This document shows, piece after piece, positions 1-12,309 of a stretch of 64,000 nt of DNA. Below the pieces are notes generated by a model. It had not been told where the DNA came from. It saw only the letters and a program-made list of their open reading frames with translations, and did not search any database. The stretch lies in assembly GCF_056746865.1 (NCBI RefSeq), contig NZ_CM163382.1. One strand, given 5' to 3'. The first letter of the stretch is position 1. Every line of letters begins with the position of its first letter. Both the position numbers and the translations under genes were made by a program.

Positions 1-2292
1 TTGCCACGACCGAAACGTATCCGCGTGCCAACTCGTCGTGAATTGGCGTCTTACGGTATTAAGCTGCCCTCACAGCGTGCGGCGGAAGAAAAAGCCCGTG
101 AAGCCCAGCGCAATCAGTACGATTCTGGCGATCAGTACAACGATGATGAAATCGATGCGATGCAGCAGGATGAACTGGCACGTCAGTTCGCCCAGACACA
201 GCAGCAACGCTATGGCGAACAGTATCAACATGATGTGCCCGTAAACGCAGAAGATGCAGATGCTGCGGCAGAGGCTGAACTGGCTCGTCAGTTTGCGCAA
301 ACTCAACAACAACGTTATTCCGGCGAACAACCGGCTGGGGCGAATCCGTTCTCGCTGGATGATTTTGAATTTTCGCCAATGAAAGCGTTGCTGGATGATG
401 GTCCACACGAACCGTTGTTTACGCCAATTGTTGAACCTGTACAGCAGCCGCAACAACCGGTTGCACCGCAGCAGCAGTATCAGCAGCCACAACAGCCGGT
501 TGCGCCACAGCAGCAATATCAGCAGCCGCAACAGCCGGTTGCGCCGCAGCAGCAGTATCAGCAGCCACAACAGCAGGTTGCGCCGCAGCCACAATATCAG
601 CAGCCGCAACAACCGGTTGCGCCACAGCAGCAATATCAGCAGCCGCAACAGCCGGTTGCGCCGCAGCAGCAGTATCAACAGCTGCAACAACCGGTTGCAC
701 CGCAGCCGCAGTATCAGCAGCCACAACAGCCAGTTGCGCCACAGCCGCAGGATACCCTGCTTCATCCGCTGTTGATGCGCAATGGTGACAGCCGTCCGTT
801 GCATAAACCGACGACGCCGCTGCCTTCTCTGGATTTGCTGACGCCGCCGCCGAGCGAAGTGGAGCCGGTAGATACCTTTGCGCTTGAACAAATGGCGCGC
901 CTGGTGGAAGCGCGTCTGGCTGATTTCCGTATTAAAGCCGATGTCGTCAATTACTCTCCGGGGCCGGTTATCACTCGCTTTGAACTTAACCTGGCACCGG
1001 GCGTAAAAGCGGCGCGCATTTCTAACTTGTCACGGGACCTTGCCCGTTCACTTTCGACGGTGGCGGTGCGTGTCGTTGAAGTTATTCCTGGCAAACCCTA
1101 TGTAGGTCTGGAGTTACCGAATAAAAAACGACAAACCGTTTATCTGCGCGAAGTATTGGATAACGCCAAATTCCGCGATAATCCGTCGCCATTAACCGTG
1201 GTGCTGGGTAAAGATATCGCCGGTGAGCCGGTGGTTGCCGATCTGGCGAAAATGCCGCACTTGTTGGTTGCGGGGACTACCGGTTCCGGTAAGTCTGTCG
1301 GGGTGAACGCGATGATCCTGAGCATGCTTTATAAAGCACAGCCAGAAGATGTGCGTTTCATCATGATCGACCCGAAAATGCTGGAGCTTTCGGTTTATGA
1401 AGGCATTCCGCATCTGTTAACGGAAGTCGTTACCGACATGAAAGATGCTGCCAACGCTTTGCGCTGGTGCGTAAATGAAATGGAACGTCGTTATAAGCTG
1501 ATGTCCGCCCTAGGTGTGCGTAATCTGGCGGGTTATAACGAAAAAATTGCTGAAGCCGATCGCATGATGCGTCCGATTCCAGACCCGTACTGGAAGCCGG
1601 GTGACAGTATGGATGCCCAGCATCCGGTGCTGAAAAAAGAACCGTACATTGTGGTGTTGGTGGACGAATTTGCCGACCTGATGATGACGGTAGGTAAAAA
1701 AGTGGAAGAGCTTATAGCACGTCTGGCGCAAAAAGCCCGTGCCGCGGGTATCCACCTCGTACTGGCAACGCAGCGTCCATCGGTTGATGTTATTACTGGT
1801 CTGATTAAAGCGAATATTCCGACCCGTATCGCCTTTACCGTATCCAGTAAGATTGACTCACGTACCATTCTTGATCAGGCTGGCGCGGAATCACTGCTGG
1901 GTATGGGGGATATGCTTTACTCTGGGCCGAACTCCACGTTGCCGGTACGTGTTCATGGTGCTTTTGTTCGCGATCAGGAAGTTCATGCCGTGGTGCAGGA
2001 CTGGAAAGCGCGTGGTCGCCCACAGTATGTTGATGGCATCACCTCCGACAGTGAAAGCGAAGGTGGCGCGGGCGGTTTCGATGGCGCTGAAGAACTGGAT
2101 CCGTTGTTCGATCAGGCGGTGCAGTTTGTCACTGAAAAACGCAAAGCATCAATTTCTGGCGTACAGCGTCAGTTCCGCATTGGTTATAACCGTGCAGCGC
2201 GTATTATCGAACAGATGGAAGCGCAGGGGATTGTCAGCGAACAGGGGCACAACGGTAATCGTGAAGTGCTGGCCCCACCGCCGTTTGACTAA
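1..2292 (+). CDS. ftsK: DNA translocase FtsK, C-terminal ~763 codons (5' end lies upstream of the window)
   Basis: ORF open from base 1; PQ-rich linker repeats, Walker [10 protein letters not shown]-terminal gamma/winged-helix region; matches E. coli FtsK from memory. Confidence 0.95.
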   Translation: MPRPKRIRVPTRRELASYGIKLPSQRAAEEKAREAQRNQYDSGDQYNDDEIDAMQQDELARQFAQTQQQRYGEQYQHDVPVNAEDADAAAEAELARQFAQTQQQRYSGEQPAGANPFSLDDFEFSPMKALLDDGPHEPLFTPIVEPVQQPQQPVAPQQQYQQPQQPVAPQQQYQQPQQPVAPQQQYQQPQQQVAPQPQYQQPQQPVAPQQQYQQPQQPVAPQQQYQQLQQPVAPQPQYQQPQQPVAPQPQDTLLHPLLMRNGDSRPLHKPTTPLPSLDLLTPPPSEVEPVDTFALEQMARLVEARLADFRIKADVVNYSPGPVITRFELNLAPGVKAARISNLSRDLARSLSTVAVRVVEVIPGKPYVGLELPNKKRQTVYLREVLDNAKFRDNPSPLTVVLGKDIAGEPVVADLAKMPHLLVAGTTGSGKSVGVNAMILSMLYKAQPEDVRFIMIDPKMLELSVYEGIPHLLTEVVTDMKDAANALRWCVNEMERRYKLMSALGVRNLAGYNEKIAEADRMMRPIPDPYWKPGDSMDAQHPVLKKEPYIVVLVDEFADLMMTVGKKVEELIARLAQKARAAGIHLVLATQRPSVDVITGLIKANIPTRIAFTVSSKIDSRTILDQAGAESLLGMGDMLYSGPNSTLPVRVHGAFVRDQEVHAVVQDWKARGRPQYVDGITSDSESEGGAGGFDGAEELDPLFDQAVQFVTEKRKASISGVQRQFRIGYNRAARIIEQMEAQGIVSEQGHNGNREVLAPPPFD
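442..753 (+). repeat. In-frame tandem repeat, about 8 imperfect copies of a 39-bp unit encoding [13 protein letters not shown] (FtsK linker)
   Basis: Unit cagcagcc(a/g)caacagccggttgcgcc(a/g)cagcagcaatat recurs head-to-tail with point variants; this also generates the spurious overlapping ORFs 70..891(-), 395..775(+), 419..742(-). Confidence 0.9.
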
Positions 2293-2302
2293 TTAATGCA
2301 TC

Positions 2303-2339
2303 GTAGGCCGGATAAGGCGCGGTAGCGTTGCATCCGGCA
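2303..2339. repeat. REP / palindromic unit downstream of ftsK
   Basis: gtaggccggataaggcg...gcatccggcac resembles the E. coli PU consensus; sits between the ftsK stop and the lolA promoter. Confidence 0.6.
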
Positions 2340-2450
2340 CTCTATCAACTGAAAATTCAGTATTTTCTTCTTTCCTCAAGCTGATTATTAGCCTGGAATA
2401 GAGAGTAGAGGGAACTCCCGGTCGGGAGTGACGTAATTTGAGGAATAATG

Positions 2451-3062
2451 ATGAAAAAAATTGCCATCACCTGTGCATTACTCTCAAGCTTAGTAGCAAG
2501 CAGCGTTTGGGCTGATGCCGCAAGCGATCTGAAAAGCCGCCTGGATAAAGTCAGCAGCTTCCACGCCAGCTTCACACAAAAAGTGACTGACGGTAGCGGC
2601 GCGGCGGTGCAGGAAGGCCAGGGCGATCTGTGGGTGAAACGTCCAAACTTATTCAACTGGCATATGACTCAACCTGATGAAAGCATTCTGGTTTCTGACG
2701 GTAAAACACTGTGGTTCTATAACCCGTTCGTTGAGCAAGCTACGGCAACCTGGCTGAAAGATGCCACCGGTAATACGCCGTTTATGCTGATTGCCCGCAA
2801 CCAGTCCAGCGACTGGCAGCAGTACAATATCAAACAGAATGGCGATGACTTTGTCCTGACGCCGAAAGCCAGCAATGGCAATCTGAAGCAGTTCACCATT
2901 AACGTGGGACGTGATGGCACGATCCATCAGTTTAGCGCGGTGGAGCAGGACGATCAGCGCAGCAGTTATCAGCTGAAATCCCAGCAAAATGGGGCTGTGG
3001 ATGCAGCGAAATTTACCTTCACCCCGCCGCAAGGCGTCACGGTAGATGATCAACGTAAGTAG
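2451..3062 (+). CDS. lolA: Outer-membrane lipoprotein carrier protein LolA
   Basis: 203-aa product [21 protein letters not shown]... with signal peptide; start moved to the second ATG of the ORF-track ORF. Confidence 0.95.
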
Positions 3063-3072
3063 AGGCACCTGA

Positions 3073-4416
3073 GTGAGCAATCTGTCGCTCGATTTTTCGG
3101 ATAACACTTTTCAACCTCTGGCCGCGCGTATGCGGCCAGAAAATTTAGCACAGTATATCGGTCAGCAACATTTGCTGGCTGCGGGGAAGCCGTTGCCGCG
3201 TGCAATCGAAGCCGGGCATTTGCATTCGATGATCCTCTGGGGGCCACCGGGTACCGGCAAAACAACCCTCGCTGAAGTGATTGCCCGCTATGCGAACGCT
3301 GATGTGGAACGTATTTCTGCCGTTACTTCTGGCGTGAAAGAGATTCGCGAGGCGATCGAGCGCGCTCGGCAAAACCGCAATGCTGGTCGCCGCACTATTC
3401 TTTTTGTTGACGAAGTTCACCGTTTCAACAAAAGCCAGCAGGATGCGTTTCTGCCACATATTGAAGACGGCACCATCACTTTTATTGGTGCAACCACTGA
3501 AAACCCGTCATTTGAGCTTAATTCGGCACTGCTTTCCCGTGCCCGTGTCTATCTGCTGAAATCCCTGAGTACAGAGGATATTGAGCAAGTACTGACTCAG
3601 GCGATGGAAGACAAAACCCGTGGCTATGGTGGTCAGGATATTGTTCTGCCAGATGAAACACGACGCGCCATTGCTGAACTGGTGAATGGCGACGCGCGCC
3701 GGGCGTTAAATACGCTGGAAATGATGGCGGATATGGCCGAAGTCGATGATAGCGGTAAGCGGGTCCTGAAGCCTGAATTACTGACCGAAATCGCCGGTGA
3801 ACGTAGCGCCCGCTTTGATAACAAAGGCGATCGCTTTTACGATCTCATTTCCGCACTGCATAAGTCGGTACGTGGTAGCGCACCCGATGCGGCGCTGTAC
3901 TGGTATGCACGAATTATTACTGCCGGTGGCGATCCGTTATATGTCGCGCGTCGCTGTCTGGCGATAGCGTCGGAAGATGTGGGTAATGCTGATCCACGAG
4001 CGATGCAGGTGGCAATTGCGGCCTGGGATTGCTTTACCCGAGTTGGCCCGGCGGAAGGTGAACGCGCCATTGCTCAGGCGATTGTTTACCTGGCCTGCGC
4101 GCCAAAAAGCAACGCTGTCTACACTGCGTTTAAAGCCGCGCTGGCGGATGCTCGCGAACGTCCGGATTATGACGTGCCGGTTCATTTGCGTAATGCGCCG
4201 ACGAAATTAATGAAGGAAATGGGCTACGGGCAGGAATATCGTTACGCTCATGATGAAGCAAACGCTTATGCTGCCGGTGAGGTTTATTTCCCGCCGGAAA
4301 TAGCACAAACACGCTATTATTTCCCGACAAACAGGGGCCTTGAAGGCAAGATTGGCGAAAAGCTCGCCTGGCTGGCTGAACAGGATCAAAATAGCCCCAT
4401 AAAACGCTACCGTTAA
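3073..4416 (+). CDS. rarA: Replication-associated recombination protein A (AAA+ ATPase)
   Basis: 447 aa, GTG start, Walker [10 protein letters not shown]. Confidence 0.93.
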
Positions 4417-4485
4417 TGTTATCGTTGCGGTAATGTTGTTACTGTATCCCTGTGGTCGCAGGCTGTGGCCACATCTCCCATTTAA

Positions 4486-5799
<1,314 letters not shown>

Positions 5800-5820
5800 T
5801 ACCCAATTTTTCTGAATCTA

Positions 5821-5847
5821 AAAAGCGCCTGCGGGCGCTTTTTTTGT
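5821..5847 (+). terminator. Rho-independent terminator of serS
   Basis: GC hairpin gcgcc-tgcg-ggcgc followed by a T7 run. Confidence 0.7.
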
Positions 5848-5853
5848 CTCCCT

Positions 5854-5867
5854 TTGATACCGAACAA
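5854..5867 (+). promoter_or_regulatory. Candidate FNR site in the dmsA promoter
   Basis: TTGATaccgAACAA approximates the FNR consensus TTGAT-N4-ATCAA; lies about 170 bp upstream of the dmsA start codon; dmsABC is an anaerobically induced operon. Confidence 0.5.
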
Positions 5868-6037
5868 TAATTACTCCTCACTTACACGTAATACTACTTT
5901 CGAGTGAAAATCTACCTATCTCTTTGATTTTCAAATTATTCGATGTATACAAGCCTATATAGCGACCTGCTATAGAAATAATTACACAATACGGTTTGTT
6001 ACTGGAATCAATCGTGAGCAAGCTTGAGTGAGCCATT

Positions 6038-8482
6038 ATGAAAACGAAAATCCCTGATGCGGTATTGGCTGCTGAGGTGAGTCGCCGTGGTTTGGTAAAA
6101 ACGACAGCGATCGGCGGCCTGGCAATGGCCAGCAGCGCATTAACATTACCTTTTAGTCGGATTGCGCACGCTGTCGATAGCGCCATTCCAACAAAATCAG
6201 ACGAAAAGGTTATCTGGAGCGCCTGTACAGTTAACTGTGGTAGTCGCTGCCCGCTACGTATGCACGTCGTGGACGGTGAAATCAAATATGTTGAAACGGA
6301 TAATACTGGCGATGACAACTATGACGGCCTGCACCAGGTGCGCGCCTGTCTGCGTGGTCGTTCCATGCGTCGCCGTGTCTACAATCCGGACCGCCTGAAA
6401 TATCCGATGAAACGAGTCGGGGCGCGCGGTGAAGGCAAATTCGAGCGCATTAGCTGGGAAGAAGCCTACGACATCATCGCGACCAATATGCAGCGCCTGA
6501 TCAAAGAGTACGGCAACGAATCCATCTATCTGAACTATGGCACCGGTACGCTGGGTGGCACCATGACCCGCTCCTGGCCGCCGGGAAATACCCTGGTCGC
6601 TCGCCTGATGAACTGCTGCGGCGGTTATCTGAACCATTACGGTGACTACTCTTCCGCGCAAATTGCGGAAGGTTTGAACTATACCTACGGCGGCTGGGCA
6701 GATGGTAACAGCCCGTCGGATATCGAAAACAGTAAACTGGTAGTGCTGTTTGGTAATAACCCTGGCGAAACGCGAATGAGTGGCGGTGGGGTGACTTACT
6801 ATCTTGAACAGGCGCGTCAGAAATCTAATGCTCGCATGATCATCATCGATCCGCGCTATACCGACACCGGAGCCGGGCGCGAAGATGAGTGGATCCCTAT
6901 TCGTCCGGGAACAGATGCCGCACTGGTTAACGGTCTGGCGTATGTCATGATCACCGAAAACCTGGTGGATCAGGCATTCCTCGATAAATATTGCGTTGGC
7001 TACGACGAGAAAACACTGCCAGCCAGTGCGCCGAAAAATGGTCACTATAAAGCTTATATTCTGGGTGAAGGGCCAGATGGCGTGGCTAAAACGCCGGAAT
7101 GGGCCTCGCAAATCACCGGTGTTCCGGCAGACAAAATCATCAAACTGGCTCGTGAAATCGGTAGTACCAAACCGGCGTTTATCAGCCAGGGATGGGGCCC
7201 GCAGCGTCACGCTAACGGTGAAATCGCAACCCGTGCTATCTCGATGCTGGCGATTCTGACCGGTAACGTTGGTATTAACGGGGGGAACAGCGGCGCGCGT
7301 GAAGGTTCATACAGCTTACCGTTTGTCCGTATGCCGACCCTCGAAAACCCGATCCAGACCAGCATTTCGATGTTTATGTGGACCGATGCCATTGAACGTG
7401 GCCCGGAAATGACGGCGCTGCGTGATGGTGTGCGCGGGAAAGATAAGCTGGATGTGCCGATCAAAATGATCTGGAACTATGCTGGTAACTGCCTGATTAA
7501 CCAGCATTCTGAAATCAACCGTACCCATGAAATCCTTCAGGATGATAAGAAGTGCGAGCTGATTGTGGTTATCGACTGCCACATGACCTCATCGGCGAAA
7601 TATGCTGACATCCTGCTGCCTGACTGCACCGCTTCCGAACAGATGGACTTTGCACTGGATGCATCCTGCGGGAATATGTCTTACGTGATTTTCAACGATC
7701 AGGTGATTAAACCGCGCTTTGAATGTAAGACCATCTATGAAATGACCAGCGAACTGGCAAAACGTCTTGGCGTTGAGCAACAGTTTACTGAAGGCCGTAC
7801 CCAGGAAGAGTGGATGCAGCATCTGTATGCCCAGTCGCGGGAAGCGATTCCTGAACTGCCAACGTTTGAAGAGTTCCGCAAGCAGGGGATCTTTAAAAAG
7901 CGCGACCCACAAGGGCATCACGTTGCTTATAAAGCCTTCCGTGAAGATCCGCAGGCAAATCCACTGACCACGCCATCGGGTAAAATTGAGATTTATTCGC
8001 AGGCGCTGGCTGACATTGCCGCTACCTGGGAATTGCCAGAAGGCGATGTGATCGATCCACTGCCGATCTACACGCCGGGCTTTGAAAGTTATCAGGATCC
8101 GCTGAACAAACAGTATCCGCTGCAGCTTACGGGTTTCCACTATAAATCTCGCGTTCACTCAACTTACGGCAACGTTGATGTGCTGAAAGCGGCTTGCCGT
8201 CAGGAAATGTGGATCAACCCGCTTGATGCCCAAAAACGCGGTATCAACAACGGCGATAAAGTCAGGATCTTTAACGATCGTGGTGAGGTTCATATTGAGG
8301 CGAAAGTGACGCCACGAATGATGCCGGGTGTGGTCGCACTGGGTGAAGGTGCCTGGTATGACCCGGATGCAAAACGTGTCGATAAGGGCGGTTGTATCAA
8401 CGTACTGACCACTCAACGTCCGTCTCCTCTCGCTAAGGGGAATCCGTCACATACAAACCTTGTTCAGGTTGAAAAGGTGTAA
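6038..8482 (+). CDS. dmsA: DMSO reductase catalytic subunit DmsA (molybdopterin, Tat-exported)
   Basis: 814 aa; twin-arginine signal SRRGLVK...AHA; N-terminal cysteine cluster C-x2-C-x3-C. Confidence 0.96.
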   Translation: MKTKIPDAVLAAEVSRRGLVKTTAIGGLAMASSALTLPFSRIAHAVDSAIPTKSDEKVIWSACTVNCGSRCPLRMHVVDGEIKYVETDNTGDDNYDGLHQVRACLRGRSMRRRVYNPDRLKYPMKRVGARGEGKFERISWEEAYDIIATNMQRLIKEYGNESIYLNYGTGTLGGTMTRSWPPGNTLVARLMNCCGGYLNHYGDYSSAQIAEGLNYTYGGWADGNSPSDIENSKLVVLFGNNPGETRMSGGGVTYYLEQARQKSNARMIIIDPRYTDTGAGREDEWIPIRPGTDAALVNGLAYVMITENLVDQAFLDKYCVGYDEKTLPASAPKNGHYKAYILGEGPDGVAKTPEWASQITGVPADKIIKLAREIGSTKPAFISQGWGPQRHANGEIATRAISMLAILTGNVGINGGNSGAREGSYSLPFVRMPTLENPIQTSISMFMWTDAIERGPEMTALRDGVRGKDKLDVPIKMIWNYAGNCLINQHSEINRTHEILQDDKKCELIVVIDCHMTSSAKYADILLPDCTASEQMDFALDASCGNMSYVIFNDQVIKPRFECKTIYEMTSELAKRLGVEQQFTEGRTQEEWMQHLYAQSREAIPELPTFEEFRKQGIFKKRDPQGHHVAYKAFREDPQANPLTTPSGKIEIYSQALADIAATWELPEGDVIDPLPIYTPGFESYQDPLNKQYPLQLTGFHYKSRVHSTYGNVDVLKAACRQEMWINPLDAQKRGINNGDKVRIFNDRGEVHIEAKVTPRMMPGVVALGEGAWYDPDAKRVDKGGCINVLTTQRPSPLAKGNPSHTNLVQVEKV

Positions 8483-8492
8483 GGAGTAACCG

Positions 8493-9110
8493 ATGACAAC
8501 CCAGTATGGATTTTTTATTGATTCCAGCCGTTGCACCGGTTGCAAAACCTGCGAGCTGGCCTGTAAAGACTATAAAGATCTGACGCCGGAAGTCAGCTTC
8601 CGCCGCATTTATGAATATGCTGGCGGTGACTGGCAGGAAGATAACGGTGTCTGGCATCAGAACGTGTTTGCCTACTATCTGTCGATTTCATGTAACCACT
8701 GCGAAGATCCGGCTTGTACTAAAGTCTGCCCGAGTGGTGCGATGCATAAACGTGAAGATGGTTTTGTTGTAGTCGATGAAGATGTGTGCATTGGCTGCCG
8801 CTACTGCCATATGGCTTGCCCGTATGGCGCACCGCAATATAACGAAACGAAAGGCCATATGACCAAATGCGATGGTTGTTATGACCGTGTTGCGGAGGGG
8901 AAAAAGCCGATCTGTGTTGAATCTTGCCCGCTGCGGGCGCTGGATTTCGGCCCTATCGACGAGCTGCGTAAAAAACATGGCGATCTGGCGGCCGTTGCGC
9001 CGTTGCCGCGAGCTCACTTTACCAAACCGAATATTGTGATCAAACCCAATGCCAACAGCCGCCCGACCGGGGATACCACTGGCTATCTGGCAAACCCGAA
9101 GGAGGTGTGA
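8493..9110 (+). CDS. dmsB: DMSO reductase Fe-S subunit DmsB
   Basis: 205 aa with four ferredoxin-type Cys clusters. Confidence 0.96.
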   Translation: MTTQYGFFIDSSRCTGCKTCELACKDYKDLTPEVSFRRIYEYAGGDWQEDNGVWHQNVFAYYLSISCNHCEDPACTKVCPSGAMHKREDGFVVVDEDVCIGCRYCHMACPYGAPQYNETKGHMTKCDGCYDRVAEGKKPICVESCPLRALDFGPIDELRKKHGDLAAVAPLPRAHFTKPNIVIKPNANSRPTGDTTGYLANPKEV

Positions 9111-9111
9111 G

Positions 9112-9975
9112 ATGGGAAGTGGATGGCATGAATGGCCGCTGATGATCTTCACGGTCTTCGGGCAATGTGTAGCGGGTGGTTTTATCGTTCTGGCTTTGGC
9201 GCTGCTCAAAGGCGACCTGCGAGCAGAAGCCCAGCAGCGTGTTATTGCCTGCATGTTTGGTTTATGGGTGCTGATGGGCATTGGCTTTATCGCCTCTATG
9301 CTTCATCTTGGTTCACCGATGCGCGCCTTTAACTCGCTCAACCGGGTAGGGGCTTCAGCACTCAGTAACGAAATCGCCAGCGGTTCGATCTTTTTTGCTG
9401 TTGGTGGCATCGGCTGGTTGCTGGCAATGCTGAAAAAGCTGTCACCGGCATTGCGTACGCTGTGGCTGATAGTGACGATGGTTCTTGGCGTCATCTTTGT
9501 CTGGATGATGGTGCGTGTGTATAACAGCATTCATACCGTTCCGACCTGGTACAGCATCTGGACGCCGATGGGCTTCTTCCTGACGATGTTTATGGGCGGC
9601 CCGTTACTGGGTTACCTGTTGCTGAGTCTGGCTGGCGTCGATGGCTGGGCGATGCGTCTGCTGCCAGCCATTTCTGTACTGGCACTGGTAGTGAGTGGTG
9701 TGATGTCAGTGATGCAGGGCGCAGAGCTGGCGACTATTCATAGTTCTGTGCAGCAGGCCGCAGCGCTGGTGCCGGACTATGGTGCGCTGATGTCCTGGCG
9801 GATCGTGCTTTTGGCTGTTGCCCTGTGTTTGTGGATTGCACCACAGCTAAAAGGTTATCAGCCTGCGGTTCCGCTACTATCCGTCTCATTCATTCTGCTT
9901 CTGGCAGGAGAATTAATCGGCCGCGGCGTATTCTATGGTTTGCATATGACCGTGGGGATGGCCGTCGCAAGCTAA
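9112..9975 (+). CDS. dmsC: DMSO reductase membrane anchor subunit DmsC
   Basis: 287 aa MGSGWHEWPLMIFTVFGQ...; ATG at 9112 preceded by AGGAGG; the ORF-track start at 9049 is an upstream extension overlapping dmsB. Confidence 0.93.
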   Translation: MGSGWHEWPLMIFTVFGQCVAGGFIVLALALLKGDLRAEAQQRVIACMFGLWVLMGIGFIASMLHLGSPMRAFNSLNRVGASALSNEIASGSIFFAVGGIGWLLAMLKKLSPALRTLWLIVTMVLGVIFVWMMVRVYNSIHTVPTWYSIWTPMGFFLTMFMGGPLLGYLLLSLAGVDGWAMRLLPAISVLALVVSGVMSVMQGAELATIHSSVQQAAALVPDYGALMSWRIVLLAVALCLWIAPQLKGYQPAVPLLSVSFILLLAGELIGRGVFYGLHMTVGMAVAS

Positions 9976-9983
9976 TCAGTAAC

Positions 9984-10014
9984 AACCGGGGTTTCGACCC
10001 CGGTTCTCTTTTAT
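9984..10014. terminator. Putative bidirectional terminator between convergent dmsC and ycaC
   Basis: Hairpin aaccgggg-tttcga-ccccggtt followed by a T-rich run. Confidence 0.55.
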
Positions 10015-10637
10015 TTCTGCTTCGTTAATGTGTCATAACTGGTCATCAAATTACGATAATCAGGAATGTGGTTAGAGAACAACGTCGCCAGTCCTTCAAT
10101 ATCATTACGCCAGTCACGGTGCAGCTCGCAAGCCACGCCGAACCATGTCATCAATTGCGCACCAGCTTGCGACATGCGATCCCACGCCGAATGCCGGGTA
10201 ATTTCATTAAAGGTCCCTGATGCATCAGTCACGACAAATACATCAAACCCCTCTTCAATGGCTGAAAGCGCCGGGAATGCCACGCAAACTTCGGTTACCA
10301 CACCGGCAATAATTAACTGTTTTTTACCTGTCGCTTTGACAGCTTTTACAAAATCTTCGTTATCCCAGGCGTTAATATTGCCCGGGCGAGCAATGTAAGG
10401 TGCATCGGGGAACTGTGCTTTCAGTTCTGGAACTAATGGGCCGTTAGGACCGGTTTCAAAACTGGTGGTAAGAATAGTAGGTAAGTTGAAATACTTAGCC
10501 AGGTCGCCCAGCGCCAGCACGTTATTTTTAAACTTATCGGGTTCGATATCCCGTACAAGGGAAAGTAAACCAGCCTGGTGATCAACAAGCAAAACGGCAG
10601 CATCATTTTTATCAAGACGAACATACGGTTTGGTCAT
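10011..10637 (-). CDS. ycaC: Isochorismatase-family hydrolase YcaC
   Basis: 208 aa; matches YcaC from memory. Confidence 0.92.
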   Translation of the reverse strand: MTKPYVRLDKNDAAVLLVDHQAGLLSLVRDIEPDKFKNNVLALGDLAKYFNLPTILTTSFETGPNGPLVPELKAQFPDAPYIARPGNINAWDNEDFVKAVKATGKKQLIIAGVVTEVCVAFPALSAIEEGFDVFVVTDASGTFNEITRHSAWDRMSQAGAQLMTWFGVACELHRDWRNDIEGLATLFSNHIPDYRNLMTSYDTLTKQK

Positions 10638-10951
10638 CCTCTTCTCCTTTCGAGAGTCAGTGGTACGTCTGAAATCGGTCAGACGCGATGCATTGCTCTG
10701 AAAGCATAGACGGGAAATATGAGTTTGCTGTGACCATGAAATTTTTCGACTGAACGAAGCGTATGAAATTTGTGTTAGATCAATAAAAACAATCAGATGA
10801 GATTAATCGTCTCTCCAGCATTAGCGTTATGAATGAGTAATATAAATCGATAATACCTCAGCTGCGATATGCGCGTATTTTCACCCATTGACAATGTTTT
10901 TGGCGGTGGCATGATGCGCATGAAATTTGAACTTCCTCACGGTTTTAATTC

Positions 10952-12100
10952 ATGTCCACGTATACCCGGCCTGTCATGCTTTTGCTGTCTGGCCTGCTTT
11001 TGTTGACTCTGGCGATCGCAGTGTTAAATACACTCGTGCCGCTTTGGCTCGCCCAGGAACATATGTCCACATGGCAGGTAGGCGTTGTCAGCTCATCCTA
11101 TTTTACCGGCAACCTGGTCGGTACATTGCTGACAGGGTATGTCATTAAGCGCATTGGCTTTAACCGCAGCTATTATCTGGCCTCCTTCATTTTTGCCGCT
11201 GGCTGTGCCGGCCTTGGCCTGATGATTGGATTCTGGAGCTGGTTGACTTGGCGTTTTGTCGCCGGCGTCGGCTGTGCCATGATTTGGGTGGTTGTTGAGA
11301 GCGCGCTGATGTGCAGTGGGACGTCATGTAACCGTGGGCGTTTGCTTGCTGCGTATATGATGGTTTATTACGTGGGAACGTTTTTAGGCCAGTTACTGGT
11401 CAGCAAAGTTTCAACCGAGCTGATGTCCGTATTGCCGTGGGTTACAGGTTTGACGTTGGCAGGGATCTTACCGCTGTTGTTTACGCGTGTGCTGAATCAG
11501 CAGGCTGAAAACCATGATTCGACGTCAATTACGTCAATGCTAAAACTCCGTCAGGCGCGGCTTGGCGTGAATGGCTGCATTATCTCAGGAATCGTTCTGG
11601 GATCTCTATATGGCCTGATGCCGCTGTTCCTCAATCACAAAGGGGTGAGCAATGCCAGCATTGGTTTCTGGATGGCGGTACTGGTCAGTGCGGGTATCCT
11701 TGGACAATGGCCGATTGGACGTCTGGCGGATAAGTTTGGTCGACTGCTGGTGTTGCGTGTTCAGGTCTTTGTCGTCATTCTCGGCAGTATCGCGATGCTT
11801 AGCCAGGCGGCGATGGCCCCAGCGTTATTCATCCTCGGTGCCGCTGGCTTTACGCTATATCCGGTGGCGATGGCCTGGGCTTGCGAGAAAGTTGAACATC
11901 ATCAACTGGTGGCGATGAACCAGGCCTTACTGTTGAGCTATACCGTGGGAAGTCTGCTTGGCCCGTCATTTACCGCTATGCTAATGCAGAATTTCTCCGA
12001 TAATTTATTGTTTATCATGATCGCCAGCGTATCGTTTATCTATTTGCTGATGCTGCTTCGCAACGCCGGTCATACGCCGAAACCCGTTGCTCACGTGTAA
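10952..12100 (+). CDS. ycaD: MFS transporter YcaD
   Basis: 382 aa, about 12 predicted transmembrane helices. Confidence 0.92.
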   Translation: MSTYTRPVMLLLSGLLLLTLAIAVLNTLVPLWLAQEHMSTWQVGVVSSSYFTGNLVGTLLTGYVIKRIGFNRSYYLASFIFAAGCAGLGLMIGFWSWLTWRFVAGVGCAMIWVVVESALMCSGTSCNRGRLLAAYMMVYYVGTFLGQLLVSKVSTELMSVLPWVTGLTLAGILPLLFTRVLNQQAENHDSTSITSMLKLRQARLGVNGCIISGIVLGSLYGLMPLFLNHKGVSNASIGFWMAVLVSAGILGQWPIGRLADKFGRLLVLRVQVFVVILGSIAMLSQAAMAPALFILGAAGFTLYPVAMAWACEKVEHHQLVAMNQALLLSYTVGSLLGPSFTAMLMQNFSDNLLFIMIASVSFIYLLMLLRNAGHTPKPVAHV

Positions 12101-12309
12101 ATGAATTCAAGCAGAGTGTGAACTTACTGTTTCACACTCTGCTTTTTTGTTTCTTCTATCTGACTTGCTTTATTCCAAATTTTATTCGTTTAAAAATAAA
12201 ATGTGCAGCAGGTTATAATTTTGCATTTCGCTATTTCCGCACTTCTTATTTGCCGCGCATAATCCCTCGTTTTACAGATGCCCCTTTAATTTTGGCGAAG
12301 GATTTGTCT

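Noticed and set aside
442-753. Regularly spaced repeats that might be taken for a CRISPR array
   Set aside because: The units abut without unique spacers, are in-frame coding sequence of ftsK, and have no leader or cas genes nearby.
70-891. Overlapping ORFs 70..891(-), 395..775(+) and 419..742(-) with highly repetitive R/L-rich or A/V-rich translations
   Set aside because: They are alternative-frame readings of the 39-bp FtsK linker tandem repeat; the real gene is ftsK in frame 1 of the plus strand.
12118-12309. N-terminally extended ORF-track versions of ycaM, and likewise dmsC, pflA, focA, ycaO, ycaL, ycaI, cmoM, mukE, mepK, asnS, pncB, ssuA, ssuC and pyrD
   Set aside because: These are upstream in-frame extensions to the first possible start. 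The canonical N-termini match known E. coli proteins from memory, and for dmsC and ycaI are preceded by Shine-Dalgarno sequences, so the shorter starts were used.
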